IMG/VR virus record: IMGVR_UViG_3300028591_000204
Span: 2,176-66,175 of that record
Origin: a virus
Taxonomy: Duplodnaviria; Caudoviricetes
Length of the DNA: 64,000 nt
Strand: one strand, 5' to 3'
In this document: positions 1 to 9,870 of the stretch, piece by piece
How the letters are laid out: the number at the start of each line of letters is the position of its first letter
How positions within the stretch are numbered: the stretch's first letter is position 1
Translations under genes and position numbers: made by a program
The notes under the pieces: generated by a model
The model's input: only the letters and a program-made list of their open reading frames with translations
What the model was told of the DNA's origin: nothing
The model's database searches: none

Positions 1-8
1 GAAAAGGA

Positions 9-22
9 TATTTTTATATATA
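9..22 (+). promoter_or_regulatory. Class B (TATTTTTAWHTATA) structural-gene upstream motif
   Basis: TATTTTTATATATA ending 21 nt before the ATG at 44; recurs at about 13 other operon heads. Confidence 0.6.
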
Positions 23-43
23 AAAAGATTTTAGAGAGATTAG

Positions 44-2791
44 ATGGCAAGTTTAGTTACTACTAGTGCAATAAATGATGATAGAATTTTTATATCAGGA
101 GATTATGCATATTTAAGTAATATGCAATTTAATTTCTATTCTGATAATTCATTTTCATTTTATTTTTCATGTAATATGTCAGGATCACAATATATAAGAA
201 GAATTACTATTAGAGTTGAAGATAATGATGGTACATATAGATTAATGTATGAATTTGATCTATATTATCAAAATACATCATCATTTACATATTCTGGTGG
301 ATCTCCAAGTAGTATGTCTTCATACTTTTATTATGATTATAATGTATTATCAGGAAATGTAGAAATAGATATTGAAACAAGTAGTGGTTCTAATGGTATA
401 GATTTAAGTTTTACTAAACCACAAGATGAACAAGCAACAATAACAATGAAAAGATCTAATGGTTCTGCTGTTTCATCTATTCCATATCAAGAAACTGGTT
501 TATATTTTAGTGTTGTTAGAACTGTTTCTGCTTCAAATGGTGGTAGAAGTATTTCTAAATATAAGATAAGTGCAGGATCAAATGTTTTAAATTATTTATC
601 ATTAACTAGTGGAACACAAATTATTAATAGTAGTAATTATTATACTTCATCACAAATACAATCACCAAGATATAAAAATAATTTAAATTCATCAAGTAGT
701 AATACACTAATAACTATATATATTTATGGATATGATTCTAATAATAATCAAATATCTTCTAAAAGTCAATCTTTCACATTAATTGGTCCTGAAAGAAGTC
801 CATCTATTAATATAAGTTTTTCAAATAATACATTTTATAAAGGTATTGAAGCTAATATAACATCTACAACTTCAAGAACTTATGCTAGTGGTACAAATGC
901 ATCATCAACTGAATTAAATTATTTTACTATTGAAAAATATAATCCATCTTCTTTTTCATTTGATACATATATAACAATGACTGCTATTACTACTACAATA
1001 GCTAGATCTCAATATCAAAGATATTCATCATATTATTTTAATAATGGTACTGTTTGGAAAATATTAAATAATTCTCCAGAAGATGCAACTGTAACATATG
1101 TTGTTAAGTTTTATAATACAAGTAGTTCTTCTACAGTATTATTAACAAAATATTTTGATTTTGTTTATTCTCATCTTCCAATTGCATTATCTTCTGTATA
1201 TACAGAATTTTTTAACAATAACCCTAAACAGTTAAATATTGGTAATACTTCAGTAAAAGGTGTATTTGCTGGTAATAAACAAGTTTGGCCACAAATTAAT
1301 ACTGTTGTTTTATCAAATCCAACTTGTTCTACTCAATCAATAAATTATATAGATGTACAAATAAAATATTCTTTTTATGATAGTCAAGGATATCATCTAA
1401 AAACTGATCCAACAACAAGTTTACCACAATCTATAACTATATATTATGAAACATCATGGGAAACTGGTACAACATATGGAGGATCAACATGGGAAACAGA
1501 TATTGATCATGAAACATGGCCTGCTGGTACAAGTTCATTTATAATACAAGATAGTAATTTTAATAGACTTACAGGATTAAATTCAGATGGTAATCTTAAT
1601 GTATTTATTGGACAATATAATTTTTATATTTCAGGAGGAAATACAGGTCTTACTTCTGTAAAAATTGGCCAATGGAAATTTAATTTATATGATAAAGATA
1701 ATAAATCAATAAATGTAGGAAGTACAAAAATTTATTGTAAACCAAATGCATTTTCAATAACAGTTTGTACATATCAACCATATAGTGGTTCATCATCATA
1801 TAGTACATATACATTTCCAAGTCAAAATAATGGTACAAATATTTATGGATATTTCTTAAATAATTATTTTTATGTTCGTGATGATGATAATTTACCAGCT
1901 ATTCCAGATAATTATACATATGTTAGTGATATTACAACTACAACTAATTTAAATAGACAAAAATGTTTAGGTTATTATCCAGCTGGTTATTTAACTAATA
2001 CAACTGAATCATCATTAAGTGAAACTTTAAAACAATATTATGCTAATTTATGTTCAAATGATACTTCTAAATTAAATTTATTTAATTATGGAGTAATTAA
2101 ACCACAACTTACAACATATAGATATGAATTTGGAACAAATTGTAGTTGGTATACAGATAAAGGTGCAACATATGAATGGGATTATGATAATTCAAAATTA
2201 GAAGTAACAGTAACTCCTAGTGGTTCAAATTATCAAACAGATTTTAGAATATTTCAACCAATATTTATTCCAAATGAATCAAGTAAAAGTGTTTATATGA
2301 GATATACTGGTGAAGATTTTTGGGGATCACAAAGTACAAGTAATCAAATAGCACCATGTGGTATAGATGCAACAGCAACTTGGTCTTTAACAGAATTTGA
2401 AGTCGTTAATCAGATGAATTATGTTAATATGAATAAATCAACTAATACAAATTTAGGTAGTAGTAGTTTTACATTAACAATAAAATTAAATGAAAGTAAT
2501 TCATGGTATTATAATTATTATGATGTACAAACATTTTATTATTTAAAAACAAATATGGTTAAATCCTGGGGAAAATTTAATGATGAAACAAATTCATCTG
2601 CAAAATATTATTTTAAAAATTTATCTAAACCTTATGGTACAAGTACTAGTGATTATAAAAAATATAAAGTTTATTTACCTGCATTAAGTGGTTTTAATAC
2701 TGGCGCATGGACAGCTAAAATTATATATTTAGGTATATTTACATTAAAACCTAAAACAGCATCAGCAACACGAACATATTTAAAACGATAA
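44..2791 (+). CDS. Large S/T/N/Y-rich putative virion structural protein (fibre/appendage-like)
   Basis: 915 aa ORF of beta-rich low-complexity composition. Internal LNIGNTSVKGVFAGNKQVWP resembles a short motif seen in phage structural proteins. Preceded by the structural-gene upstream motif at 9-22. Confidence 0.5.
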   Translation: MASLVTTSAINDDRIFISGDYAYLSNMQFNFYSDNSFSFYFSCNMSGSQYIRRITIRVEDNDGTYRLMYEFDLYYQNTSSFTYSGGSPSSMSSYFYYDYNVLSGNVEIDIETSSGSNGIDLSFTKPQDEQATITMKRSNGSAVSSIPYQETGLYFSVVRTVSASNGGRSISKYKISAGSNVLNYLSLTSGTQIINSSNYYTSSQIQSPRYKNNLNSSSSNTLITIYIYGYDSNNNQISSKSQSFTLIGPERSPSINISFSNNTFYKGIEANITSTTSRTYASGTNASSTELNYFTIEKYNPSSFSFDTYITMTAITTTIARSQYQRYSSYYFNNGTVWKILNNSPEDATVTYVVKFYNTSSSSTVLLTKYFDFVYSHLPIALSSVYTEFFNNNPKQLNIGNTSVKGVFAGNKQVWPQINTVVLSNPTCSTQSINYIDVQIKYSFYDSQGYHLKTDPTTSLPQSITIYYETSWETGTTYGGSTWETDIDHETWPAGTSSFIIQDSNFNRLTGLNSDGNLNVFIGQYNFYISGGNTGLTSVKIGQWKFNLYDKDNKSINVGSTKIYCKPNAFSITVCTYQPYSGSSSYSTYTFPSQNNGTNIYGYFLNNYFYVRDDDNLPAIPDNYTYVSDITTTTNLNRQKCLGYYPAGYLTNTTESSLSETLKQYYANLCSNDTSKLNLFNYGVIKPQLTTYRYEFGTNCSWYTDKGATYEWDYDNSKLEVTVTPSGSNYQTDFRIFQPIFIPNESSKSVYMRYTGEDFWGSQSTSNQIAPCGIDATATWSLTEFEVVNQMNYVNMNKSTNTNLGSSSFTLTIKLNESNSWYYNYYDVQTFYYLKTNMVKSWGKFNDETNSSAKYYFKNLSKPYGTSTSDYKKYKVYLPALSGFNTGAWTAKIIYLGIFTLKPKTASATRTYLKR

Positions 2792-2798
2792 TAATATT

Positions 2799-3482
2799 AT
2801 GTATAAAGAATATAATTATTTTGATTTTTTTAGAAGTAGATTAAAATTTGAAAATCCTGGTGATTTTTATAGTATACATATTTTATTTAGAATTAAAGAT
2901 ATTAATGAAAATTCTCCTGAAATATCAAAAGTAATAATAAAAAATAGAATACCAAATATAAATCCATTTATAGGAATTAATGGTACAATAGAAGAATGTT
3001 ATGATTTTCGTAATACTAGAAGTTTATGTGATTACTTTATATATAGTTTAGAAGATTTTGATATGTATAAAGATGAAATAATTTGTTTATGTAAAACGTT
3101 AAATGCAAGAGCTTATATATATGATTATAAACAAAACAATAATCAAATATTAAAAGTAATTAATCATCAGTCAAAAAAAGAAAATATTAAAAAGAATATT
3201 AAATGTTTTACAGATAATTTTACTTTATCAGTTATAGATCAAAATGATAAAAAATATCAATTTGATGTTGATGAACCTGAAAAACCAATGTTTGATTTAA
3301 TGTTAAATGATATTATAAAAGATAATTTATTATATTATATTGAAACTCCTCATGGATATCATATTGTATATAGGGATTATGATCTTAGTATTAAAGAAAA
3401 ATTAAATGAAATATTTCCTAATAAAAGTATTCATTATTTACCTATTATTTTATTATATGCATATGTAGATATTAAAAATTAA
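2799..3482 (+). CDS. Hypothetical protein with AEP (primase-polymerase)-like motifs
   Basis: 227 aa; QFDVDE (DxD) and IETPHGYHIV (T/SxxGxH) in the order typical of the AEP superfamily. Confidence 0.4.
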   Translation: MYKEYNYFDFFRSRLKFENPGDFYSIHILFRIKDINENSPEISKVIIKNRIPNINPFIGINGTIEECYDFRNTRSLCDYFIYSLEDFDMYKDEIICLCKTLNARAYIYDYKQNNNQILKVINHQSKKENIKKNIKCFTDNFTLSVIDQNDKKYQFDVDEPEKPMFDLMLNDIIKDNLLYYIETPHGYHIVYRDYDLSIKEKLNEIFPNKSIHYLPIILLYAYVDIKN

Positions 3483-3512
3483 GAGAAATTCTTTTGAATT
3501 TCTCTTTTTTTA
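3481..3512 (+). terminator. Intrinsic terminator
   Basis: Perfect 11 bp stem AAGAGAAATTC/GAATTTCTCTT with TTTT loop, then a T run, at the ORF stop. Confidence 0.8.
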
Positions 3513-3521
3513 TTCTATATT
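3494..3521 (+). promoter_or_regulatory. Class A (TGAAT...CTATAWT) promoter-like element
   Basis: TTGAAT-16 nt-TATATT upstream of 3548; the same bipartite motif recurs at 7 other sites. Confidence 0.55.
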
Positions 3522-3547
3522 AATAGTGTAACCAAAAACACAGCATT

Positions 3548-4570
3548 ATGGAACAGAACATCAACATCACTCCCGCCCGCAACACTAACAATACTATCAT
3601 AGAAAAAGCTACTAAGGAGCTCGAAGACCTCTTTGAGCGTCTTTCTATTCATGAGAAAGAGAATCCTGGAGAGACTTTTGGATATGCAGGTATTCCTTAT
3701 TGCCTTAAGAGGACTCGTGAGAAGGGTATCAATAAGATATTCTTTGTAGGCCGTGATTATCATGGTAAGTATGAGGATGATTACTGCTACTTCACCTATT
3801 GGGATGAGGATTCTAAGGAATTCTTTGAAGATGAGTGGGGTACTTGGGCTGCTTTCCCTCACTATGACCTTTATGAGATGCCTATAGACTTTGGGACTGC
3901 CTGGGAAGAGGGTCTCATTGATAAGGATGCTTATCTTGAGTATCAGAAGAAGGTTAATCTCGATTATATCGAGAAGGTTGAGTTTGATGGAAGTATTGCT
4001 GAGAACTTCAACCTTAGGGTAAAGATTGAGAAGGGTCGCAAGTGGAAAGGTGAAGGTTATCTGGTAGATGTCACCAGTTCTTCTTATAGGTTCGCAACTC
4101 CTATGTTTAGGAATCATCGCGATGACTATGGTATTGAAACTACCTATACTGCAGTCATCTGGGATCCTATCACCAATACTATCAATCGTGCTAATAGGAA
4201 GTACGTTGAGTTCATTGACCAGGAACTTATTCTCGAGAGTTATAAGTCTTGGGCTAAGGACCGTATCGAGCATGCAAGGATTATGGATGTCAAGCATAAT
4301 GGAAACTATAACCGTGGTAGTTTTATCATCGACATCGACTATTCTTGGAATACTTTCTTTGTTGAGGTTTGGGCTCCTGCTCATACTATTGGAGATGTAG
4401 TCTCTAGTGCTTATGACCCTGAGATGGAGGAGAAGAAAAAGAAGGAGTCTGAATTCCGTGCTTCTAAGATGCCTGGTATCATCGAGTGGGTGAAGAATAA
4501 TACTGATAAGAAGGGTGAGGAGATTATCACTCTTGCTCTTCATATCTACAATAAAAATTATGGAAAGTAA
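3548..4570 (+). CDS. Hypothetical protein (non-structural, GC-richer codon usage)
   Basis: 340 aa ORF rich in GAG/AAG/CTT codons, with a promoter motif upstream. Confidence 0.8.
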   Translation: MEQNINITPARNTNNTIIEKATKELEDLFERLSIHEKENPGETFGYAGIPYCLKRTREKGINKIFFVGRDYHGKYEDDYCYFTYWDEDSKEFFEDEWGTWAAFPHYDLYEMPIDFGTAWEEGLIDKDAYLEYQKKVNLDYIEKVEFDGSIAENFNLRVKIEKGRKWKGEGYLVDVTSSSYRFATPMFRNHRDDYGIETTYTAVIWDPITNTINRANRKYVEFIDQELILESYKSWAKDRIEHARIMDVKHNGNYNRGSFIIDIDYSWNTFFVEVWAPAHTIGDVVSSAYDPEMEEKKKKESEFRASKMPGIIEWVKNNTDKKGEEIITLALHIYNKNYGK

Positions 4571-5016
4571 TGAAACAACGAAAGAGTGATATAAAGAAAT
4601 ATACTTATAATGAGATTCTCAAGATTGCTGATAAAGCAAATTCTGAGAATTCTCTTTATAAGTTATTTGAACATAAAATATATAATGAGATCTATTCTGC
4701 TGCAGAAAAAGGAAATTATTATGTAAATATTGATATAGCTGGTTATGATGATAAGTTTATCAAGAAAATTGATAAAGAACTTATGAAATTAGGTTTTAAA
4801 ACTTCTAGAGTATCTTCTAATGATTATGGAAATGTCATCCATGGAATTTATATCATGACAGTAAATTGGGAAAGAAAAAAGACTAAAGCAGAACAAGAAT
4901 TAGAACTTATGAAACAAAGACAACCATTAAAATATGATTATAAAATGTATGGAGGTTATGATGAAGATGATGAAATGCCAAGAATATCACAATATAGAAT
5001 TGGGAGACCCTTTTAA
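4570..5016 (+). CDS. Hypothetical protein
   Basis: 148 aa, TAATG-coupled to the upstream ORF, followed by a terminator. Confidence 0.75.
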   Translation: MKQRKSDIKKYTYNEILKIADKANSENSLYKLFEHKIYNEIYSAAEKGNYYVNIDIAGYDDKFIKKIDKELMKLGFKTSRVSSNDYGNVIHGIYIMTVNWERKKTKAEQELELMKQRQPLKYDYKMYGGYDEDDEMPRISQYRIGRPF

Positions 5017-5032
5017 AGTCTCCCAATTTTTT
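4998..5032. terminator. Intrinsic terminator between convergent genes
   Basis: 11 bp stem AATTGGGAGAC/GTCTCCCAATT followed by a T run. Confidence 0.8.
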
Positions 5033-5414
5033 ATTCATCTTCTTCAACTACTTCTTCATCTGGAATAGGAACTTCCTCGTCATCATCTTCACATGTCTGT
5101 GTATTCTTATGTGAAGTATTATATATATATTTATTTTCACTCCATTCACTTCCAGCCTTTGTAAGACCAGCTGCGGCAAATAATGATGCAACAGCTCCGA
5201 TAAATCCAGCAGCTTCTCCCATACTAACTGTTATAGTATGTTGGTATATAATATCAACTATCATACCAGCAATAAGTACACCAAGAAGTATCATACCTAT
5301 AATAGTAGTACATACAAGGAAGAAATTCTTAGAACTTACACCAGTATTACTTGATATAAGTTTCATGAAGAATGATTTTTTAACAGCGCTCATAATAAAA
5401 TTTTGTAATGCCAT
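5031..5414 (-). CDS. Two-TM membrane protein, possible holin
   Basis: 127 aa with two hydrophobic helices (FFLVCTTIIGMILLGVLIAGMIVDII; AAGFIGAVASLFAAAGL) and an acidic C-terminal tail. Confidence 0.45.
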   Translation of the reverse strand: MALQNFIMSAVKKSFFMKLISSNTGVSSKNFFLVCTTIIGMILLGVLIAGMIVDIIYQHTITVSMGEAAGFIGAVASLFAAAGLTKAGSEWSENKYIYNTSHKNTQTCEDDDEEVPIPDEEVVEEDE

Positions 5415-5476
5415 TTTTTTATAAGATATAGTTTTGTTTTACTATACCTCGTACTCTGTATAATTAAAAATAAAAT

Positions 5477-8400
5477 CTAAGATAAACTATCAATATATGA
5501 TAAATAATTTACAGTACCTGGAGTTAAACTACTTGCAGGAGAAGTAAGTCTAATATAAAAATTAAATGCTCCAGGTCTATATATAGCTATTTTTAATCCA
5601 TTTGTTTTATCTTCAAAATGATATCCAGTTATTCCTCCACTTATAGTATCAGTACTTTTTACAATATCAAATCTATATTCATTAAAATATATAATATTTC
5701 CACCTGTATTCATCATTGTTAAAAATTTAGTATCATCACTAACTCTATATGATTTAGATGGGGATTGACTAATTTGTTGAGTTATTACGAATGTATCTTT
5801 ATAATATTTTCCACTATCTAAAGTTGATGATAAACCAAATTGTAAACCATTTATTTGTACAATTTCATATAAATCAGATATTGTTCCTGATATAGTTATT
5901 GTAATATCAGTATTAGAATTTCCACTTTCTGAAGAGAATGTTAAATTCTGTGAAGTTGATGTTATACTCCAAGGAGTATTTCTATTACTAATTTTTATAG
6001 TAGGATTATTAGAATCAATTTTAATAATATTTATATAATTATTATTTGAACTTAATAAAATCTCTTTATCATTAATATAAATATCAACTTCATTATATAC
6101 AGTCCATCCCATTTGTATACCATTATTTCCAGTTGGCCAAGAAGTATTATTATTGTTTTTGATAAATATACCTGTATTAGAAACATTAAATACCCAATTA
6201 TTTAAACACTCAGTTGCAAATATATTAGTTGCAAGACATTTAATGTAATTTAATTTTGTACATCTATAGAACATATATTTATAACAATAATCTACTAAAG
6301 TAATTGCTAATAATACTGGTGCTGATGTGAGACTTGTACAATCACTAAACATATATTGATAACAACCTTCTGCTAATATCATTGCTGGAAGTGCTGGTGC
6401 TGTAGTTAAAGAAGAGCATCCAGCAAACATATTAGAATAACAATTTTTTGCTAATGTAGTAGCTGGAAGTGCTGGTGCTGTAGTTAATGATGTACAACCA
6501 TTAAACATATATTGATAACAACCTTCTGCTAATATCATTGTAGGAAGTTCTGGTGCTATAGTTAAAGAAGTACAACCATTGAACATATTAATATAACAAC
6601 CTTTTGCTAATTTAGTAGCTAGAAGTGCTGGTGCTATAGTTAAAGAAGTACAACCATTGAACATATTAATATAACAATAATTTGCTAATGTAGTAGCTGG
6701 AAGTGCTGGTGCTGTAGTTAAAGAAGAGCATCCAGCAAACATATTAGAATAACAATAATCTGTTAATTTTGTAGCTTGTAATATAAGATTTTGTGCTGAT
6801 ATTAATTTTATACAACCATTAAATAATTTATAAAATATATAATTATTTGATAATGTTTTTAATTTAATATAATCTGTTTCATTAATAAGACTCATTATAT
6901 TTCCATATACATTAAACTTACATGTTGTTGAAAAATAACTACCATATGTACCAGAACTGTTATCGGCATAATTTGAATTATTACCTTTAAATTGTATTAT
7001 ATCACCTCTATTTACTTGTATACCATTATTTCCTATATTATCTGACCAAATACTTATCCATCTAGTATTATTTTTATTATAAAAAATTAATCTTTTATAA
7101 TTAGAAGAATTATAACCTACACCAATTGGGTTAGAAAATCTCCATTGTATTTCACCATCTTCAAGAATTTCAAAAGTAAGTGGTTGAACTTCATAATCTG
7201 ACTCATTATATACAGTCCATCCACTTGGTATGCCATTATTTCCAGTTTGCCAAGAAGTATTATCATTTTTAATAAATGAACCGCTTGATGATACATTTTT
7301 TACCCAATCAGTTAAACAATTAGTTGTAGATATATCAGTTGCAAGACATTTAATGTAATTTAATCTTATACAACCATAGAACATTTGGTAATAACAACCA
7401 CTTGTCAATGTAGTAGCTAGAAGTTCTGGCGCTGAGATGAGATGTTCACAACCATAGAACATTGCATTATAACAATTCTCAGCTAATGTAGTAGCAGGAA
7501 GTTCTGGTGCCGTTGTTAAAGAAGTACAACATTCGAACATATTTCGATAACAATAATTTGCTAATATAGTAGCAGGAAGTGCTGGTGCTGTTGTTAATGA
7601 AGTACAATTATAGAACATCTCACTATAACACCACTCAGCTAATATAATTGCTTGAAGTTGTGGGGGCGTTCTTAATGATGTACAATTCTTAAACATCCAT
7701 TCATAACATCCATTAACTAATGTAGTAGCTGGAAGTTCCGGTGCTGTAATTAAACTTGTACAATTAGAGAACATTGCACTATAACAATTTTCAGCTAATG
7801 TAGTAGCAGGAAGTTTTGGTGCAGTTATAAGATTTGTACATCCTTCAAACATACCACTATAACATTTAGATGTTACATTATTTGGTAATACAAGATATTG
7901 TGTATTAATTAATTTTGAACAATTATAAAAAAATGAATTAAAAACATAATATGAATTTAATATTAAATTAATAAAATTTTCTGAATTAATTAAACTACAT
8001 ATATTTCCAGATATATCAAATGAGCATGTAGAATCTGAAAAAGTTCCAAATATATAATCATAATGATTTTTTTCACAATATTTATTATAATCTCCCTTAA
8101 ATCTAATTATATCATCTTTTTTAACTTGTATAGTACTTCCTGAAATTGTTGATTCAATTGGTAACCAATCATCACTATTATTTATATTATAATATATTGT
8201 ATATGTTTGCCAATATGATGGTATAGAATATGTTCCTTCTAGGAGATTTTTTAATTTCCAAATAATTTCTCCATCTTCTAATACATTAATAGTAAATGGT
8301 ATTTCTGAATAATCATATTGATAAATATTAAATGTCTCTACCTTTTTATCTTCTACATAAAAATCAATATATAAATCTCTAGATTCTTCTGAAGGATATA

Positions 8401-8794
8401 CTTTTATATTAATAATTTTATTTCCATTAGAACTATATGGGCTAACTGATATATATCTTGAGTCATATTCACATTCCCAAGGTTTATTAGAATTAACAGT
8501 TAAAGAAAATTCACTTCCATCATAAGATACATAATTAAATTTAGAACTAAGGCTAAATTCTGTTGGTATTTCTGGTTCTGGTATTTCTGGTTCTGGTGTA
8601 GGAATAGGTTCATCATAATTATATGAACCAGTATTTATTTTATAATCTGGCCATATTCTTTTTAATTCTTGATCATAATATACAGAACCATCTTCAAGAA
8701 CTGCTATACCAGGAGATTTAATTTTTTCTCCAGATAATGCTTTTTTTAATTCATCAAGTACACTATATCTTTTTAAGTGAGTATTATTTCCCAT
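5477..8794 (-). CDS. BACON- and leucine-rich-repeat surface/virion protein
   Basis: 1105 aa. BACON-like segments (LTVNSNKPWECEYDSRYISVSP; NRNTPWSITST) and two arrays of 24 aa repeats PATTLAxxCYxxMFxGCTSLTTAPxL (BspA/DUF285-like LRR). Confidence 0.8.
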   Translation of the reverse strand: MGNNTHLKRYSVLDELKKALSGEKIKSPGIAVLEDGSVYYDQELKRIWPDYKINTGSYNYDEPIPTPEPEIPEPEIPTEFSLSSKFNYVSYDGSEFSLTVNSNKPWECEYDSRYISVSPYSSNGNKIINIKVYPSEESRDLYIDFYVEDKKVETFNIYQYDYSEIPFTINVLEDGEIIWKLKNLLEGTYSIPSYWQTYTIYYNINNSDDWLPIESTISGSTIQVKKDDIIRFKGDYNKYCEKNHYDYIFGTFSDSTCSFDISGNICSLINSENFINLILNSYYVFNSFFYNCSKLINTQYLVLPNNVTSKCYSGMFEGCTNLITAPKLPATTLAENCYSAMFSNCTSLITAPELPATTLVNGCYEWMFKNCTSLRTPPQLQAIILAEWCYSEMFYNCTSLTTAPALPATILANYCYRNMFECCTSLTTAPELPATTLAENCYNAMFYGCEHLISAPELLATTLTSGCYYQMFYGCIRLNYIKCLATDISTTNCLTDWVKNVSSSGSFIKNDNTSWQTGNNGIPSGWTVYNESDYEVQPLTFEILEDGEIQWRFSNPIGVGYNSSNYKRLIFYNKNNTRWISIWSDNIGNNGIQVNRGDIIQFKGNNSNYADNSSGTYGSYFSTTCKFNVYGNIMSLINETDYIKLKTLSNNYIFYKLFNGCIKLISAQNLILQATKLTDYCYSNMFAGCSSLTTAPALPATTLANYCYINMFNGCTSLTIAPALLATKLAKGCYINMFNGCTSLTIAPELPTMILAEGCYQYMFNGCTSLTTAPALPATTLAKNCYSNMFAGCSSLTTAPALPAMILAEGCYQYMFSDCTSLTSAPVLLAITLVDYCYKYMFYRCTKLNYIKCLATNIFATECLNNWVFNVSNTGIFIKNNNNTSWPTGNNGIQMGWTVYNEVDIYINDKEILLSSNNNYINIIKIDSNNPTIKISNRNTPWSITSTSQNLTFSSESGNSNTDITITISGTISDLYEIVQINGLQFGLSSTLDSGKYYKDTFVITQQISQSPSKSYRVSDDTKFLTMMNTGGNIIYFNEYRFDIVKSTDTISGGITGYHFEDKTNGLKIAIYRPGAFNFYIRLTSPASSLTPGTVNYLSYIDSLS
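6290..6790. repeat. 72 bp-period tandem coding repeats (C-terminal LRR array)
   Basis: Near-identical DNA blocks recur, e.g. CTGGAAGTGCTGGTGCTGTAGTTAAAGAAGAGCATCCAGCAAACATATTAGAATAACAA twice. Boundaries approximate. Confidence 0.85.
7390..7870. repeat. 72 bp-period tandem coding repeats (N-terminal LRR array)
   Basis: Same 24 aa unit as the other array, more diverged at DNA level. Boundaries approximate. Confidence 0.8.
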
Positions 8795-8824
8795 ATTCTT
8801 TTATATATCTTTATATAGTTAAAA

Positions 8825-8854
8825 ATAAAAAATGGACCTTAAATAAGGCCCATT
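8825..8854 (-). terminator. Intrinsic terminator
   Basis: On the minus strand, stem AATGGGCCTT/AAGGTCCATT (one G.U) followed by a U run, downstream of the ORF ending at 8879. Confidence 0.7.
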
Positions 8855-8878
8855 TTAAATATATTATTTTAAATAATT

Positions 8879-9232
8879 TTATTTTACTATACTAGAATCA
8901 TCTCCACCACCATATAAATTATCTATTGAATTTGGCTTTCCAAAATTAGAATCATTCATCATAGATTCTTGATTTAAACCAATAGCATAATCAATATTAC
9001 AATCTATATATGAATATCCTTCATAATCTTTACTTTTATTTATATCTGGCATATTACCATCATTTTGATATTCTATATAATTATTAATAAAATCATTTAA
9101 ATTTGTATTATCATCATTATATCCAAATGGAGTTATACCAATTATATATCCATCAACTATAATAAATGAATATTCATTAGTTACATTAAAATTACTATTA
9201 TGTATTATATCTTGTGCCATAATTATTATCAA
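8879..9232 (-). CDS. Hypothetical protein
   Basis: 117 aa ORF in a minus-strand gene run; the true start may be the second Met. Confidence 0.65.
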   Translation of the reverse strand: MIIIMAQDIIHNSNFNVTNEYSFIIVDGYIIGITPFGYNDDNTNLNDFINNYIEYQNDGNMPDINKSKDYEGYSYIDCNIDYAIGLNQESMMNDSNFGKPNSIDNLYGGGDDSSIVK

Positions 9233-9245
9233 TTATTAATTTATA

Positions 9246-9557
9246 TTAAGCAACCTCATTTATATCACCATGTTGAATATATAATAAACATACTCCTTCT
9301 TGAGGTATTTCTTCAACTTCTTCTATTTTATCACCAAATTTCATTATACGAATATCAAAAGTAGAACCACTATCAAAATTATCATAATACCATGTATTAT
9401 TATCTTTAATTAAACTAGTTAATGCATCAATATTATCTAACATACCATCTCTAGTACCTTTTACTTTAATAGGTTCTTTTAAAAAGAAAATTGGAGATGT
9501 TCCATCAGATACTTCAAAAAATTTATTATATAATTCTTTTTTCTTTTCTTCACTCAT
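9246..9557 (-). CDS. Hypothetical protein
   Basis: 103 aa ORF with normal spacing in the operon. Confidence 0.7.
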   Translation of the reverse strand: MSEEKKKELYNKFFEVSDGTSPIFFLKEPIKVKGTRDGMLDNIDALTSLIKDNNTWYYDNFDSGSTFDIRIMKFGDKIEEVEEIPQEGVCLLYIQHGDINEVA

Positions 9558-9578
9558 AATATATTAAATAATATTTAT

Positions 9579-9830
9579 TTATGATACTACTGATTCTTCT
9601 ACAATACCTGGATTATTATTTGAAAAATATACTTTATTAATATTGAACTTAATAATACCTGTTGTATCAAGGTCAATTTCAACATCTTCAGCATCTAATT
9701 CATTATTTACACTATATATCATTCTTGATGAACCTTCGACAAAAACTATCCATGGTTCTTCAAGTTTTTTAGAAGCAATTGCTTCTTTTACTTCATCTTC
9801 TGTTTTGTATAAACCAAAATGTTTAAGCAT
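9579..9830 (-). CDS. Small protein resembling the N-terminal domain of the BACON/LRR protein
   Basis: HFGLYKTEDEVKEAIASKKLEEPWIVFVE aligns by eye with HLKRYSVLDELKKALSGEKIKSPGIAVLE of 5477-8794. Confidence 0.6.
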   Translation of the reverse strand: MLKHFGLYKTEDEVKEAIASKKLEEPWIVFVEGSSRMIYSVNNELDAEDVEIDLDTTGIIKFNINKVYFSNNNPGIVEESVVS

Positions 9831-9870
9831 TTTTATAGACTTATTATTTTATATTTAAAAATAAACAATA

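Noticed and set aside
3515-4543. 342 aa minus-strand ORF
   Set aside because: Antisense shadow of 3548-4570 caused by codon bias; the plus strand has the promoter, operon context and natural composition.
6290-7870. CRISPR array or diversity-generating retroelement TR/VR pair
   Set aside because: The repeats are in-frame 72 bp coding units with no spacer structure; differences are not adenine-specific and no reverse transcriptase is present in the window.
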